From: a virus
Taxonomy: Duplodnaviria > Heunggongvirae > Uroviricota > Caudoviricetes
DNA: 56,644 nt
IMG/VR virus record: IMGVR_UViG_3300043080_000590
Span: 322,386-379,029 of that record
Reading direction: 5' to 3' (one strand)
Shown: positions 30,578-40,030 of the stretch, piece after piece
Numbering within the stretch: position 1 is the stretch's first letter
Layout of the letters: each line of letters starts with the position of its first letter
Program-made: the position numbers and the translations under genes
The notes under the pieces: generated by a model
Databases searched by the model: none
What the model was told of the DNA's origin: nothing
Seen by the model: only the letters and a program-made list of their open reading frames with translations

Positions 30578-31159
30578 ATGCAAGGAATTTATAAAATAGT
30601 TAATATGAAAAATAACAAACTATATATAGGACAAAGTATAGATATAGAAAATCGAATAAAGAAACATAAATATTTACTAAGAACAGGAAAAGATTCTCAA
30701 CATTTACAAAATGCTTGGTATAAATATGGAGAAGAATGTTTTTGTTTCTCAATTATAGAAATAGTTAAAGATAGAAAAGAATTAAATAATCGAGAAATAT
30801 ATTGGATAAAAATTTACAATTCAAATAATGAAGAATTTGGTTATAATATAAGTGGTGGTGGCGGTAATATAATTTGTTCTGATAGTACAAGAGAAAAAAT
30901 AAGTAAATCTAAAAAAGGTAAATCATTAGGAAAGACATCTTGGAATAAAGGAATACCGTGTTCGGCAACCACCAAAGAGAAAATAAGAGCAGCAAATAAA
31001 GGTAAAGCGAGTCATTGTAAAATAAATGATGAAGAAGTAACAATTGTTTTACAAAGAATAAAAAACGGTGAAAAAGTAAGAGATTTAGCAAAAGAATATA
31101 AAGTTGCAGAAGTAACGATTCGTAAATTAAAAAATAGAATGAATGTAAAAAATAGGTGA
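30578..31159 (+). CDS. Free-standing GIY-YIG homing endonuclease
   Basis: GIYKIVN...LYIGQS...R...GYN; NUMOD3-like repeats (TREKIS, TKEKIR); C-terminal HTH. Confidence 0.85.
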   Translation: MQGIYKIVNMKNNKLYIGQSIDIENRIKKHKYLLRTGKDSQHLQNAWYKYGEECFCFSIIEIVKDRKELNNREIYWIKIYNSNNEEFGYNISGGGGNIICSDSTREKISKSKKGKSLGKTSWNKGIPCSATTKEKIRAANKGKASHCKINDEEVTIVLQRIKNGEKVRDLAKEYKVAEVTIRKLKNRMNVKNR

Positions 31160-31165
31160 AAAATA

Positions 31166-31858
31166 ATGGCAGAAGGAATAGTACATAAACATTTAAAACA
31201 ACAGGGTATGAAATGGATAAAAACCAAAGTTACTGATATTGTAGCAACAGAAATAAAGTATCGTAATATGTATTCTATTGCTGATGTTGGTGGTATAAAT
31301 TTAAAAAGAAAAGAAGTTAGAATCATTGAATGTAAAGCAAGTAGACAGGATTTTTTAAGAGATAAAAAATTGATGGATATAGATAAATCTTACTATAAGC
31401 ATTGTCATTATTTTTATATATTAAGTCCTGCCAACATAATAACAGTTAATGACATACCTAAAGAATATGGCTTATTGTGGCTTAATAATAAAGATGAAAT
31501 AGAACTAATACAAAAGCCTGTAAAGTATACAGGGAGATTAAAAACAATGTTTAATACTTCTTTAAAAAATATGGTTCGAGCTGAAACAAATACTTTAATA
31601 TATTATTTTGATAACCAAGAAAATAAAGATGAAACGAATGGTAAGTTTAGTAGACAAGCTGATATAATATATGCTGCTATTAGATGCTCAAAATGTAAAC
31701 ACGTAACAAAAGATTTAATACATAAAAATAATACTTCTTTAATTAAATGTAGTAATTGTAAAGAGCAGATAATTATAAAAGATACAAGCGTAAGGGAAAT
31801 AACAGGGTTTAATAAAACATTTATAGAAAAATTAGATAAATTGAAAGAAAATACTTGA
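31166..31858 (+). CDS. PD-(D/E)XK nuclease-like protein (MmcB-like) with C-terminal CxxC/CxxC
   Basis: IADV...IIECKASRQDFLRD...YFY...PKEYGLL; CSKC and CSNC. Confidence 0.6.
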   Translation: MAEGIVHKHLKQQGMKWIKTKVTDIVATEIKYRNMYSIADVGGINLKRKEVRIIECKASRQDFLRDKKLMDIDKSYYKHCHYFYILSPANIITVNDIPKEYGLLWLNNKDEIELIQKPVKYTGRLKTMFNTSLKNMVRAETNTLIYYFDNQENKDETNGKFSRQADIIYAAIRCSKCKHVTKDLIHKNNTSLIKCSNCKEQIIIKDTSVREITGFNKTFIEKLDKLKENT

Positions 31859-31883
31859 CAAATAAAGTCAAATATAGTATTAT
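31855..31883 (+). promoter_or_regulatory. Sigma-A-type promoter driving ncRNA A and array A
   Basis: TTGACA-17-TATTAT(AAT). Confidence 0.8.
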
Positions 31884-31913
31884 AATGTCATAAGATTTTT
31901 AGAAATATATAAC

Positions 31914-32070
31914 AAGCACCCTTGCTTTAGATTTTTCTAAAGTTATGTGTCTGGTGCTTCGGGCGATTTACCGTCCGAAAGGTGAGGGTAACTCATTTCA
32001 CATACAGTTCAACACTGCTGTAGAGTTTTAAGACTTGCACCGCTTTGACCTAAGAAGCCCACCACTCACC
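31914..32070 (+). ncRNA. Structured ncRNA copy A (tracrRNA-like)
   Basis: Stems AAGCACC/GGTGCTT, CGGGCG/CGTCCG (loop ATTTAC), GGTGAG/CTCACC, AACTC/GAGTT, TACAG/CTGTA; covaries with copy B. Confidence 0.78.
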
Positions 32071-32309
32071 AAATTCAATATATGGTATAAATACTTTTTA
32101 TTTTTTTAGTTTCTAATTTCTGTCGATGTGTGGTAATGTAAAATTGCTAAGAGATAGACAGAAGCTTTAAAAACACTTTATTTACTTGTGTTTTTTGTGA
32201 GAATAAAGTAAATGATGAATAAAAAATAATGTTTGAATTTAACTTTTCAATGAGTTCGACAGATTTAGTATTTCAAATACTAATAAAACATACTACTATA
32301 CACCGAACG
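32071..32309 (+). promoter_or_regulatory. CRISPR leader
   Basis: Non-coding, conserved with 10212-10452, abuts the first repeat. Confidence 0.8.
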
Positions 32310-32862
32310 GTATTGATACTGATATGTTGGAAAGTAAATTTTGGGAATGTAACAACAAATGCGTGTTCCTTACGTATTGATACTGATATGTTGGAAAGTA
32401 AATTCTTCCTGAGCTGCAACAATAGTTGCCCAGTTTTCAGTATTAATATTGATATATTGGAAAGTAAATAATGCCACTTTGATAAGTGCTGATGCTTTTT
32501 GTTAGTATTAATATTGATATATTGGAAAGTAAATCAGATAAAACCTTTTTTGTTTTTGATTCAATCTTTGGTATTAATATTGATATATTGGAAAGTAAAT
32601 GTCTGAGAACTAAAGATATTTCTAATCTCTGCATTACGTATTAATATTGATATATTGGAAAGTAAATTACCTCTAATTTGACCAAACTCTAAAGAATCTG
32701 TAGTATTAATATTGATATATTGGAAAGTAAATTCAATGAAATATATAAAATATGTTGGTGAATGTGAGTATTAATATTGATATATTGGAAAGTAAATGTT
32801 GTCAGGTAATGTTAAGAGTACACTCAATGTTAGTATTGATACTGATATGTTGGGAAGTAAAT
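32310..32862 (+). CRISPR. CRISPR array A: 9 x 30-nt repeats, 8 spacers (34-37 nt)
   Basis: GTATTAATATTGATATATTGGAAAGTAAAT x6; variant GTATTGATACTGATATGTTGGAAAGTAAAT at repeats 1, 2 and 9 (repeat 9 has one extra mismatch). Confidence 0.97.
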
Positions 32863-32890
32863 AAGCAATTTGAGTTTGATATTAATACAT

Positions 32891-32932
32891 TAAAATTACA
32901 ATTGTAACTTATTTTACGTTACAAATTTAAAA
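32891..32932. repeat. 42-bp palindromic non-coding site, copy 1
   Basis: 36/42 identical, inverted, to 47360-47401. Confidence 0.6.
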
Positions 32933-32977
32933 TAACTTAAATTCTAAAAATCTTATAATATTAAAAAGGGAGTATTT

Positions 32978-33607
32978 TTATACTCCCTTTAATATTAAAT
33001 ATTTATTTTCTTCTAAGCAGGTTTTGCATAATTCTTTTAATTTTAAAATATTATCATATAAAATATTGTTTATAAAGTTATCTCCTATTTTTCCTTTGAG
33101 CTTACACAGAACAACATCTTTATTCATAAATAAATATTTATTTTCATCATTTATAATACTTGTCCTTTTAAAATAATTATACTTTCTTGGGCTTTCATTT
33201 TCATTATGAATTATTACATTACTATGCTTATTCCATACATTAGTGTCATTGTCAGAATATATTTCAGCCATTATCCAATCATTATTCCAGTTATCTATTA
33301 AATAATTTATTTCTTCTTTTAATTTTTCTATATCTTCTTTATTTAAAATTAAATTATTTTCAAATTGATTTATTATTTTAAATTTGCTGCCTACATCTTT
33401 TAAATTTGTTAATCCTATTCTATCACCTGTATGTTCAATGTTAAACCAAAGCGTGTCTTTTAATAAATAAATAGTAGAATAATCAAATTCAAAATATTTA
33501 AAATATTTATTTTCGATATAATTATAAAGTTTACCCAGTTCTTGCAATACATCTTCTTTATCAACATTTTTAATAAGTAAATTATAAATATCTTCGTATA
33601 ATTGCAT
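32978..33607 (-). CDS. Hypothetical protein
   Basis: 209-aa ORF with RBS and a terminator hairpin at 32963-32990. Confidence 0.65.
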   Translation of the reverse strand: MQLYEDIYNLLIKNVDKEDVLQELGKLYNYIENKYFKYFEFDYSTIYLLKDTLWFNIEHTGDRIGLTNLKDVGSKFKIINQFENNLILNKEDIEKLKEEINYLIDNWNNDWIMAEIYSDNDTNVWNKHSNVIIHNENESPRKYNYFKRTSIINDENKYLFMNKDVVLCKLKGKIGDNFINNILYDNILKLKELCKTCLEENKYLILKGV

Positions 33608-33729
33608 ACATTTTTCACCGCCTTTTAGTTTTTTATATTAAAAAATAATTTTATTATTAACAAACTTAATAATAAGATAAATTTATTGTATAATTAAATA
33701 AATAAATTTAAAGGAGTAAACGTAATTTT

Positions 33730-34020
33730 ATGGAAAAAAATAATAAAAATAAGCTAGTATTAAAGAAAAGCATCGCAGAACTTTCAGATAAAGAAAAAGA
33801 ATTAATGAACTCTTTATTAGAGCTTGAATCAAAGTACAATTCAATTTCTAAAGTATTAAGAGAAATTGAGAAAAACAATGAAGAAACTTATTTAACAGAA
33901 GATAATATTTTTGATATGTCAATTACGATTTATCTCACAGGTGTTATTAAAATAATTTCAGATTATATGGGTGTTGATGTACCTTTGTTCGAAAAGTCTA
34001 TGGATGACTTTGAAGAATAA
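33730..34020 (+). CDS. Hypothetical coiled-coil protein
   Basis: RBS AAGGAG; operonic with the next gene. Confidence 0.65.
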   Translation: MEKNNKNKLVLKKSIAELSDKEKELMNSLLELESKYNSISKVLREIEKNNEETYLTEDNIFDMSITIYLTGVIKIISDYMGVDVPLFEKSMDDFEE

Positions 34021-34038
34021 TACGAAAGGGGAATAAAT

Positions 34039-35025
34039 ATGTTTAAGAGTTTTAAATCTTCCGAAGAAGCTTATTATGGGGTATTAAATCTTTTATCTAA
34101 GCAAAAAGACGAAGATTATAATGATTATGTGAGTATTCCTACAAAGAAAATCTATAATTTAAATTTTGATATTAAGAAACCACGTTTGAATTTAATTAAA
34201 AATTCTACAAGAAATATAAATTATAAAATGTTGTTAGGTGAGTTGTTTTATCACTTACAGGGTAAAGATGATGTTGATAGTATAAGAGCTTATAATTCAA
34301 GCTATGAAAAGTTATCTGATGATACAACAACAATCAATGGTATGCTTGGTGCAAGAATTTTCTATTATGATTCTTTATTTGATTTTTATGAGAAAGAAAA
34401 AGTAAATGAAGATGGAGATACAATAAAAGAATATATTTGTGACCATATCGTAATTAATCAATTTGAAAAGTGTGTAGAAAAGATTAATACTACTAAATCA
34501 TTTAATATATGTATTTATAATCCCACGTTTGATATAAATACAATTCACCCTGCTAACATTTCAAATCTTCTTTTTTATATTGATGATAATAAGTTAAATA
34601 TGAGTGTAAATATACTTAATCTTGATTTTTATACAAGATTCCCATATTTATCATTTATTTTATCAAACTTACTTGCAGTTATGGCAGCTCAGTTAAAAAT
34701 CAAAGTAGGAAAGATAAATTTCAATTGTAATATTTTAACAACTCTTACAAACAAGTGTAAAATAGACGAAGAATTAGTTTACACGAGTGATGAAAAAATT
34801 GAAGATTTTACTTTTTATGATATTGATGAGTTTACTACTATTTTTGATATTGAACTCTTAACAAGAGTACAGGGAAGCCTTATAAATGTAGAAGATTTAA
34901 AGAGTAAGTTAGATAGTATCACAAATAAGTATTGGAAGTCTTTAATTGCTGTTCTTGCCAAGTTAAATGTTGAAAGTAATGATTTTGATGATTATATTTT
35001 AGAAGAACACAAGCAGATGTTGTAA
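34039..35025 (+). CDS. Thymidylate synthase/dNMP hydroxymethylase-fold protein, catalytic residues apparently lost
   Basis: LGELFYHLQG, GMLGARI, NQFEKC, IYNP, HPAN (expected PC), LNLD...FPY (expected RSND). Confidence 0.7.
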   Translation: MFKSFKSSEEAYYGVLNLLSKQKDEDYNDYVSIPTKKIYNLNFDIKKPRLNLIKNSTRNINYKMLLGELFYHLQGKDDVDSIRAYNSSYEKLSDDTTTINGMLGARIFYYDSLFDFYEKEKVNEDGDTIKEYICDHIVINQFEKCVEKINTTKSFNICIYNPTFDINTIHPANISNLLFYIDDNKLNMSVNILNLDFYTRFPYLSFILSNLLAVMAAQLKIKVGKINFNCNILTTLTNKCKIDEELVYTSDEKIEDFTFYDIDEFTTIFDIELLTRVQGSLINVEDLKSKLDSITNKYWKSLIAVLAKLNVESNDFDDYILEEHKQML

Positions 35026-35071
35026 TAAAAAAGAGAGATTAATTCTCTCTTTTTTATTACTTACAAATATG

Positions 35072-35100
35072 TTGACAAATGATAAAAAATATGATACAAT
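35072..35100 (+). promoter_or_regulatory. Sigma-A-type promoter
   Basis: TTGACA-17-TACAAT. Confidence 0.75.
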
Positions 35101-35126
35101 ATAACATATAAAGGAGGGAAGTTGCT

Positions 35127-36134
35127 ATGAAAAGAATTATAGAAAACATAAATAATAATAAATCTTATTCCATTGTTGACATTAATTATTTAATATATAA
35201 TTATTCTTTAGCGAAAATATTTTCAAATTTGAGAGTAGAATTAAGCGAAGAAGCATTACACTTTATTTTAACTAATTATCCTAATACAGAAGAAAACTAT
35301 CCGCAGGATTTGTTGTTTAGAGGAATATATCGTAGAATAAATAATAAAATTTCATTGATTAAAAATCAACAAGTAGAAAATTCAATAGATTACATTTTAA
35401 ATATTTTGGGTATAGAATTGGTTGATTTTGTAAATCTTTATATAAAAGAAAACCTTGCTATATATAAGGCTGCTTATGCTATTGATTTTTTCACGATGTT
35501 TTATTCTATTTTAACAGAAGATAATAAAAACAAACTTTATGATATTATTCTTTTTAAAGACATAAAAAAACTTTTAGAAAACACACCTAAAAAGAATGAT
35601 TTTAATTTAGTTACTTGCTGTAAAGAACGTCCTGAAATAAAAGATTTTATATCTAAAGAACGATATGTTTATTATGATTGTATAAATGATGATATGTTTA
35701 TTCAAAAATACAATATAAATGAAATACTTTATCTTTTAGAAGGATGTATAGATAATCAAGAAGAAATAAATAATTTAGATGCACAATACATAGTAGGAGA
35801 AATAATAGGGAAAGAAGGTTTAAAAGATGTTTCAGAAGAATATAATGATTATTTATCTTTATTATGGAAATCTTTAGATTTAAAAAAAATAACAAGAAGT
35901 TTTTTAGAAAAAGATAAATTCTATGGCAATAGATACGCTAATTTTCTTAATCTATTTAAAAATATTTTTGATGAAAAGATGGAAAAAAGAATGTTAAAGA
36001 AAGTTATAGATAGAGTAATTAACGAAAAAATAACTAGACCAGTTTTAAAACGTATTACAACTGATTATGTATGTAAATATGAAAGTAATCAAAAATATTT
36101 AAATGGTGCATTATTGATGTGCAAACTAAAATAA
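35127..36134 (+). CDS. Helical paralog family member
   Basis: C-terminal FLNLFKNIFDEKMEK...YLNGALLMCKLK. Confidence 0.7.
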   Translation: MKRIIENINNNKSYSIVDINYLIYNYSLAKIFSNLRVELSEEALHFILTNYPNTEENYPQDLLFRGIYRRINNKISLIKNQQVENSIDYILNILGIELVDFVNLYIKENLAIYKAAYAIDFFTMFYSILTEDNKNKLYDIILFKDIKKLLENTPKKNDFNLVTCCKERPEIKDFISKERYVYYDCINDDMFIQKYNINEILYLLEGCIDNQEEINNLDAQYIVGEIIGKEGLKDVSEEYNDYLSLLWKSLDLKKITRSFLEKDKFYGNRYANFLNLFKNIFDEKMEKRMLKKVIDRVINEKITRPVLKRITTDYVCKYESNQKYLNGALLMCKLK

Positions 36135-36158
36135 AGAGGGTGTTTTCCCTCTTTTTTA

Positions 36159-36187
36159 TTGACAAAATATAAAAAATGTGGTATAAT
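36159..36187 (+). promoter_or_regulatory. Sigma-A-type promoter
   Basis: TTGACA-17-TATAAT. Confidence 0.8.
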
Positions 36188-36218
36188 ATACTTAAATAAT
36201 TTAAAGAGGTGATTACAA

Positions 36219-37442
36219 TTGGAAGAATGTTTTGAATATAAATATGATTGTATGAGTGTATTACCTTATAATTTTAGCATTGTAGATAAAATAAATTCAA
36301 ATAAAGAAAAGAGAAAAGAACTTACTTGGCTCTTAAAGAATAATTTTTTTACATATTTACCTTTGATAAAAAGAGAATTTGAAGATAAAGATATAAAGTA
36401 TGTTCTTAGTAATTTGGAATTTAATGATAGTGTCTTTATTTCTAAAAAAGAATATGATGATTCTCTTATTGAGGGTTTTATAAAACAAGAAATATCTTTT
36501 TATAAAAACAATAATATGTATGATACAAAATCTTTTTCAGAGTTGAAAGATACTCACGAAAAAGTACTAACATCTTTATTGAAAGTTTGTAACAAGTGGA
36601 GCGTTGAACAAATAATAAAATATATCATTAAGAATAATGATAATGTAAAATACAAATACAAGCAAATGCTTTTCTTTGTGTTGTTGTTTAGAGAATATAA
36701 AGAAATATTAAAAGATTATCTTGTTAAGAGCTTAGATAAGTATATTAAAAAATTTAACAAAAGATATCCTTGTAAATCTGAAGAAGATATTGTTGATTAT
36801 TGCTTTGCGTTATTGGCGATAGACGAAGAAAATATTTTCTTAGACTCATTAGAAAAAAATATTGATTTTGCAGTTGAGTTTTTTTGTGAATTTAATTATG
36901 TAAGTTATTTTTATCTTTATAATTTGTTCTTCTCTTTTGAAGGATATGTAAAGTTGAGAAGTATTTACAAAAAGATAAAGCCAATTTTTCTTGGCGTTGA
37001 TACAGGGAATAATCCGTTTTTTAATAAGCGGTTAGTATATCACCTTCGTTTTCCATACAATGATATGATTAAGTTTATTATTACTGCTTCTGAAACAGAA
37101 AATGTTCTTACTGAGAAAATCAATAATATGTATTCTAGTAGGTTTTATATAGAGGATTTTGTTTTTGAAGTAAGAAGTATTTATAGAGAATTTGATATTT
37201 CAGATTTTTTACTTGAAATAAGAAAAAGACAAAATGAAAGCTTTGCTCATAAATCTTTTCTTAACTTTTTGAAAATATTTCATATTATCTTTGACGAGAA
37301 AGAAGAAAGTAAAGCTATTGCAAAATTAAAAAATTCTTCTTTTAAGCGAAAAGATGTAGAATATATTATAAATAATTATAAATTCTTATATAAGAAAAAC
37401 CGAGAAAGATGCTTAAAGATTTTAGAATGTAAAAAGAGGTGA
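36219..37442 (+). CDS. Helical paralog family member (type A1)
   Basis: LPYNF.IVDKIN...FF.YLPL shared with 38777. Confidence 0.7.
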   Translation: MEECFEYKYDCMSVLPYNFSIVDKINSNKEKRKELTWLLKNNFFTYLPLIKREFEDKDIKYVLSNLEFNDSVFISKKEYDDSLIEGFIKQEISFYKNNNMYDTKSFSELKDTHEKVLTSLLKVCNKWSVEQIIKYIIKNNDNVKYKYKQMLFFVLLFREYKEILKDYLVKSLDKYIKKFNKRYPCKSEEDIVDYCFALLAIDEENIFLDSLEKNIDFAVEFFCEFNYVSYFYLYNLFFSFEGYVKLRSIYKKIKPIFLGVDTGNNPFFNKRLVYHLRFPYNDMIKFIITASETENVLTEKINNMYSSRFYIEDFVFEVRSIYREFDISDFLLEIRKRQNESFAHKSFLNFLKIFHIIFDEKEESKAIAKLKNSSFKRKDVEYIINNYKFLYKKNRERCLKILECKKR

Positions 37443-37449
37443 GATTAAA

Positions 37450-38763
37450 ATGAAAAAGGCATTATATGATGAGTTCTTGCAAAAATCAAGATATGAAAAT
37501 AATTTTACTAATTTTGCTACTTTAGATGCAACTATCACAGAAGCAGAAACTTTTATTGATATTCCAAATATATATAACGGTATTAACGAAGTGCAAGAAA
37601 TAAATAATTTAGATTATACTAATTTAGATTATTTAATAAATAATTCTTTTATTAGTTATATTTTTATGTTTTCTGAACCGTTTAAGGAAAATAAAAGAAA
37701 ACATATTTTAAAAAAAATTCATTTTAGTTGTTCTTTTTTCTTACCATTAAAATCAGAGTATCTTGGAATAAAAAATGTAAAAGATTATTTTATAGATAAC
37801 AGGGAATATTTGTCAGGAATAAATTCTTTATATTTTGAAGATTCCTCAAGAATGAAGGAATTAGACAAAGACATATATCAAAAAATGTTGTCAGATTTAT
37901 TTGTACAACAGATGGAACAACTTTTTCAAATGCCAATTAATGAAATTGTTGAATATATGTTAAAAAACAATACTAATATAAAAACGATATCAGAAGAACT
38001 TTTTAATTTTGTATATATGTTAGTTCCGTATATTAAAAATTCTAAAGTAAAAACCTGTATATTAAAAATGTTTGAAACTTGTTGTAAAGAAATAAACAAT
38101 GAATTTCCTGCTTGCGTAAAATCTGGATTAGTTCATTTTGTACAGATATTACTTATGTTATCAGAAGAAGATAGAGTTTTAAATAGTTTTAAAAACGATA
38201 AGATTTTGTTTTCTTTTTTAGTAGAGCAACATCGCATTATTGGTAATTATAAAAAATTTTATTCAGCAGATGGATATTTGACATTGTTAGACCTTGTTGA
38301 AAAATTAAAAGAGAATGTAGTTATGTGTAATGATGAAGTTCATAATTATATGAAAACAAAAAAACGTCAAATAGAATTTAAATTTACACCTTTAAATATT
38401 ATTTTAAGTTTTGAAGCTTCAAATAGCAACTATTATTTTGATTTTATAAATAAAATAAGTAATATTACTTCTGAAAAAGAGGTTAAGATATTAAATAAGA
38501 TTTACAATGATTTTGATATTACTGATTTTTTGGAGAAAATTAGAAAAAATATATATGAGAATTGTCCTATTTCTTTTGTAAGTTTTTTAAACTTCTTTAA
38601 ACCTGTTTTTACAGAAAAAATAGAAAACAATTATATGAAAGAAATGAATAAAAAAGCTTATAATGTAAGATTTTTTTCAAATGTAAATAACTACTATACT
38701 TGGAAATTTCAAAGTTCTAAGAAAATTTTCAAATCATACTATATGTACAAAAAATTAGTTTGA
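37450..38763 (+). CDS. Helical paralog family member (type B1)
   Basis: NNSFISYIFMFSEPF...KHILK.IHFS shared with 40023. Confidence 0.7.
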   Translation: MKKALYDEFLQKSRYENNFTNFATLDATITEAETFIDIPNIYNGINEVQEINNLDYTNLDYLINNSFISYIFMFSEPFKENKRKHILKKIHFSCSFFLPLKSEYLGIKNVKDYFIDNREYLSGINSLYFEDSSRMKELDKDIYQKMLSDLFVQQMEQLFQMPINEIVEYMLKNNTNIKTISEELFNFVYMLVPYIKNSKVKTCILKMFETCCKEINNEFPACVKSGLVHFVQILLMLSEEDRVLNSFKNDKILFSFLVEQHRIIGNYKKFYSADGYLTLLDLVEKLKENVVMCNDEVHNYMKTKKRQIEFKFTPLNIILSFEASNSNYYFDFINKISNITSEKEVKILNKIYNDFDITDFLEKIRKNIYENCPISFVSFLNFFKPVFTEKIENNYMKEMNKKAYNVRFFSNVNNYYTWKFQSSKKIFKSYYMYKKLV

Positions 38764-38776
38764 AAAGAGTGATAAA

Positions 38777-40030
38777 ATGATTTTGCAACTAGGATATGAT
38801 ATAAAATATGATGAAAAGGCAAATATGCTACCATACAATTTTTTTATGGTAGATAAAATAAATAAGGATAAAATAATAAATAATGAATTATTACAATTAT
38901 TAAATAAATCATTTTTTCTTTATTTACCTTTAATGAAAACTGTTTTTTCCGAACAGAGAGTAAAATATGTTCTTGAAAATTTAAAATTTGAAGATGGTGT
39001 TTTTTGTTCTGTAAGTGATAATAAAATAAATGAGTATGATGGAGAATATATAAAAGGTTTTAAAAAAAATAAAGTATATTTTCATAGCATCTCTAATATT
39101 TATAATTCATTACCTGAAAATGATATTATCAGAAAACAGACTTTAACTTCTTTAATTAATATTTGTAATAATTGGGAAGTTGAAAAAATAATAGAATATA
39201 TTTTTAAAAATAATAAAAATATACAAAAAGATACAAGACAATTATTTCTTTTTGTAAAGTTGTTTGAAGACTATAATACAATATTAAAGGACTATGTTTT
39301 AGATTACTTTAATAAGTTTTATTCTAATTTTAATAAAAACTTTCCTTACGATAATATGGAGTGTCAAATTATTAGTCTTTTATTATCTTTATTAGTTATT
39401 GATGAAGAACGTGTTTTTTTAAGAGCGTTAAAGAATAGGATGTTTGCATTTAATTTCTTTTGTGAAAACAAAAAATTTGATGGGGTATTCTATAACTACA
39501 ATATGTTTTTTTCAATAGATGGATATTTAACAGTATTAAGTATCTATGCAAATATGTATTTGGTTATGGACACTGAAAGTACACATCATATAATGCAATA
39601 TATGAAAGTTAAGATATATAACATAGCATTTAACTTCAACAATCCTATGCGTATTATAAATTTAGCGGTAGATAAAAGTGCTTTTACAAAATTAATAAAT
39701 GATAGCTATTTTTTAAAGAAATATGATGAACCATCTTTAAAGATGTTAAAAAAACTTTATGAAAATTTCAATGAGTTGGAATTTAATAATTATTTTAGTA
39801 AAAAGTTTTTAACACAAGATGCACAAGAAAAATTAGTTCTAAATGCACTTAAGCTTTTCAAACCTATTTTTACTGACATCGAAATGGAAAAGATGTTTGT
39901 AAAAAAATTAAAAGCAAAGAGTGTTAGTAGTGAACAGTTAGAAAGAGTATTAAATGATTATGTTTTTACTTTTGAAAAGAACTATAAATACTGTTTAAAA
40001 CTTTTAGAAAGGAAGAAGAATAATGCTTGA
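38777..40030 (+). CDS. Helical paralog family member (type A2)
   Basis: Collinear with 36219. Confidence 0.7.
   Translation: MILQLGYDIKYDEKANMLPYNFFMVDKINKDKIINNELLQLLNKSFFLYLPLMKTVFSEQRVKYVLENLKFEDGVFCSVSDNKINEYDGEYIKGFKKNKVYFHSISNIYNSLPENDIIRKQTLTSLINICNNWEVEKIIEYIFKNNKNIQKDTRQLFLFVKLFEDYNTILKDYVLDYFNKFYSNFNKNFPYDNMECQIISLLLSLLVIDEERVFLRALKNRMFAFNFFCENKKFDGVFYNYNMFFSIDGYLTVLSIYANMYLVMDTESTHHIMQYMKVKIYNIAFNFNNPMRIINLAVDKSAFTKLINDSYFLKKYDEPSLKMLKKLYENFNELEFNNYFSKKFLTQDAQEKLVLNALKLFKPIFTDIEMEKMFVKKLKAKSVSSEQLERVLNDYVFTFEKNYKYCLKLLERKKNNA

Noticed and set aside
31914-32070. ncRNA as retron msr/msd, group II intron piece, tRNA or known riboswitch
   Set aside because: No reverse transcriptase in the window and no recognisable cloverleaf, domain V or aptamer consensus; an Rfam search is still needed.
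32535-32570. Spacer 4 reverse complement resembles gyrA ~5044-5073 (IESKTKKVLS vs IDDKIPKVLS)
   Set aside because: Only about 23/30 in A-rich sequence and it would replace a conserved Pro.
32733-32767. Spacer 7 shares 16 nt (AATGAAATATATAAAA) with gyrA ~4653
   Set aside because: Almost pure A/T with no flanking extension; expected by chance.
20800-33710. TAAATA(AA) as a phage-sigma late promoter motif (20803, 22293, ~33700)
   Set aside because: Too few copies and too AT-rich to distinguish from background by eye.
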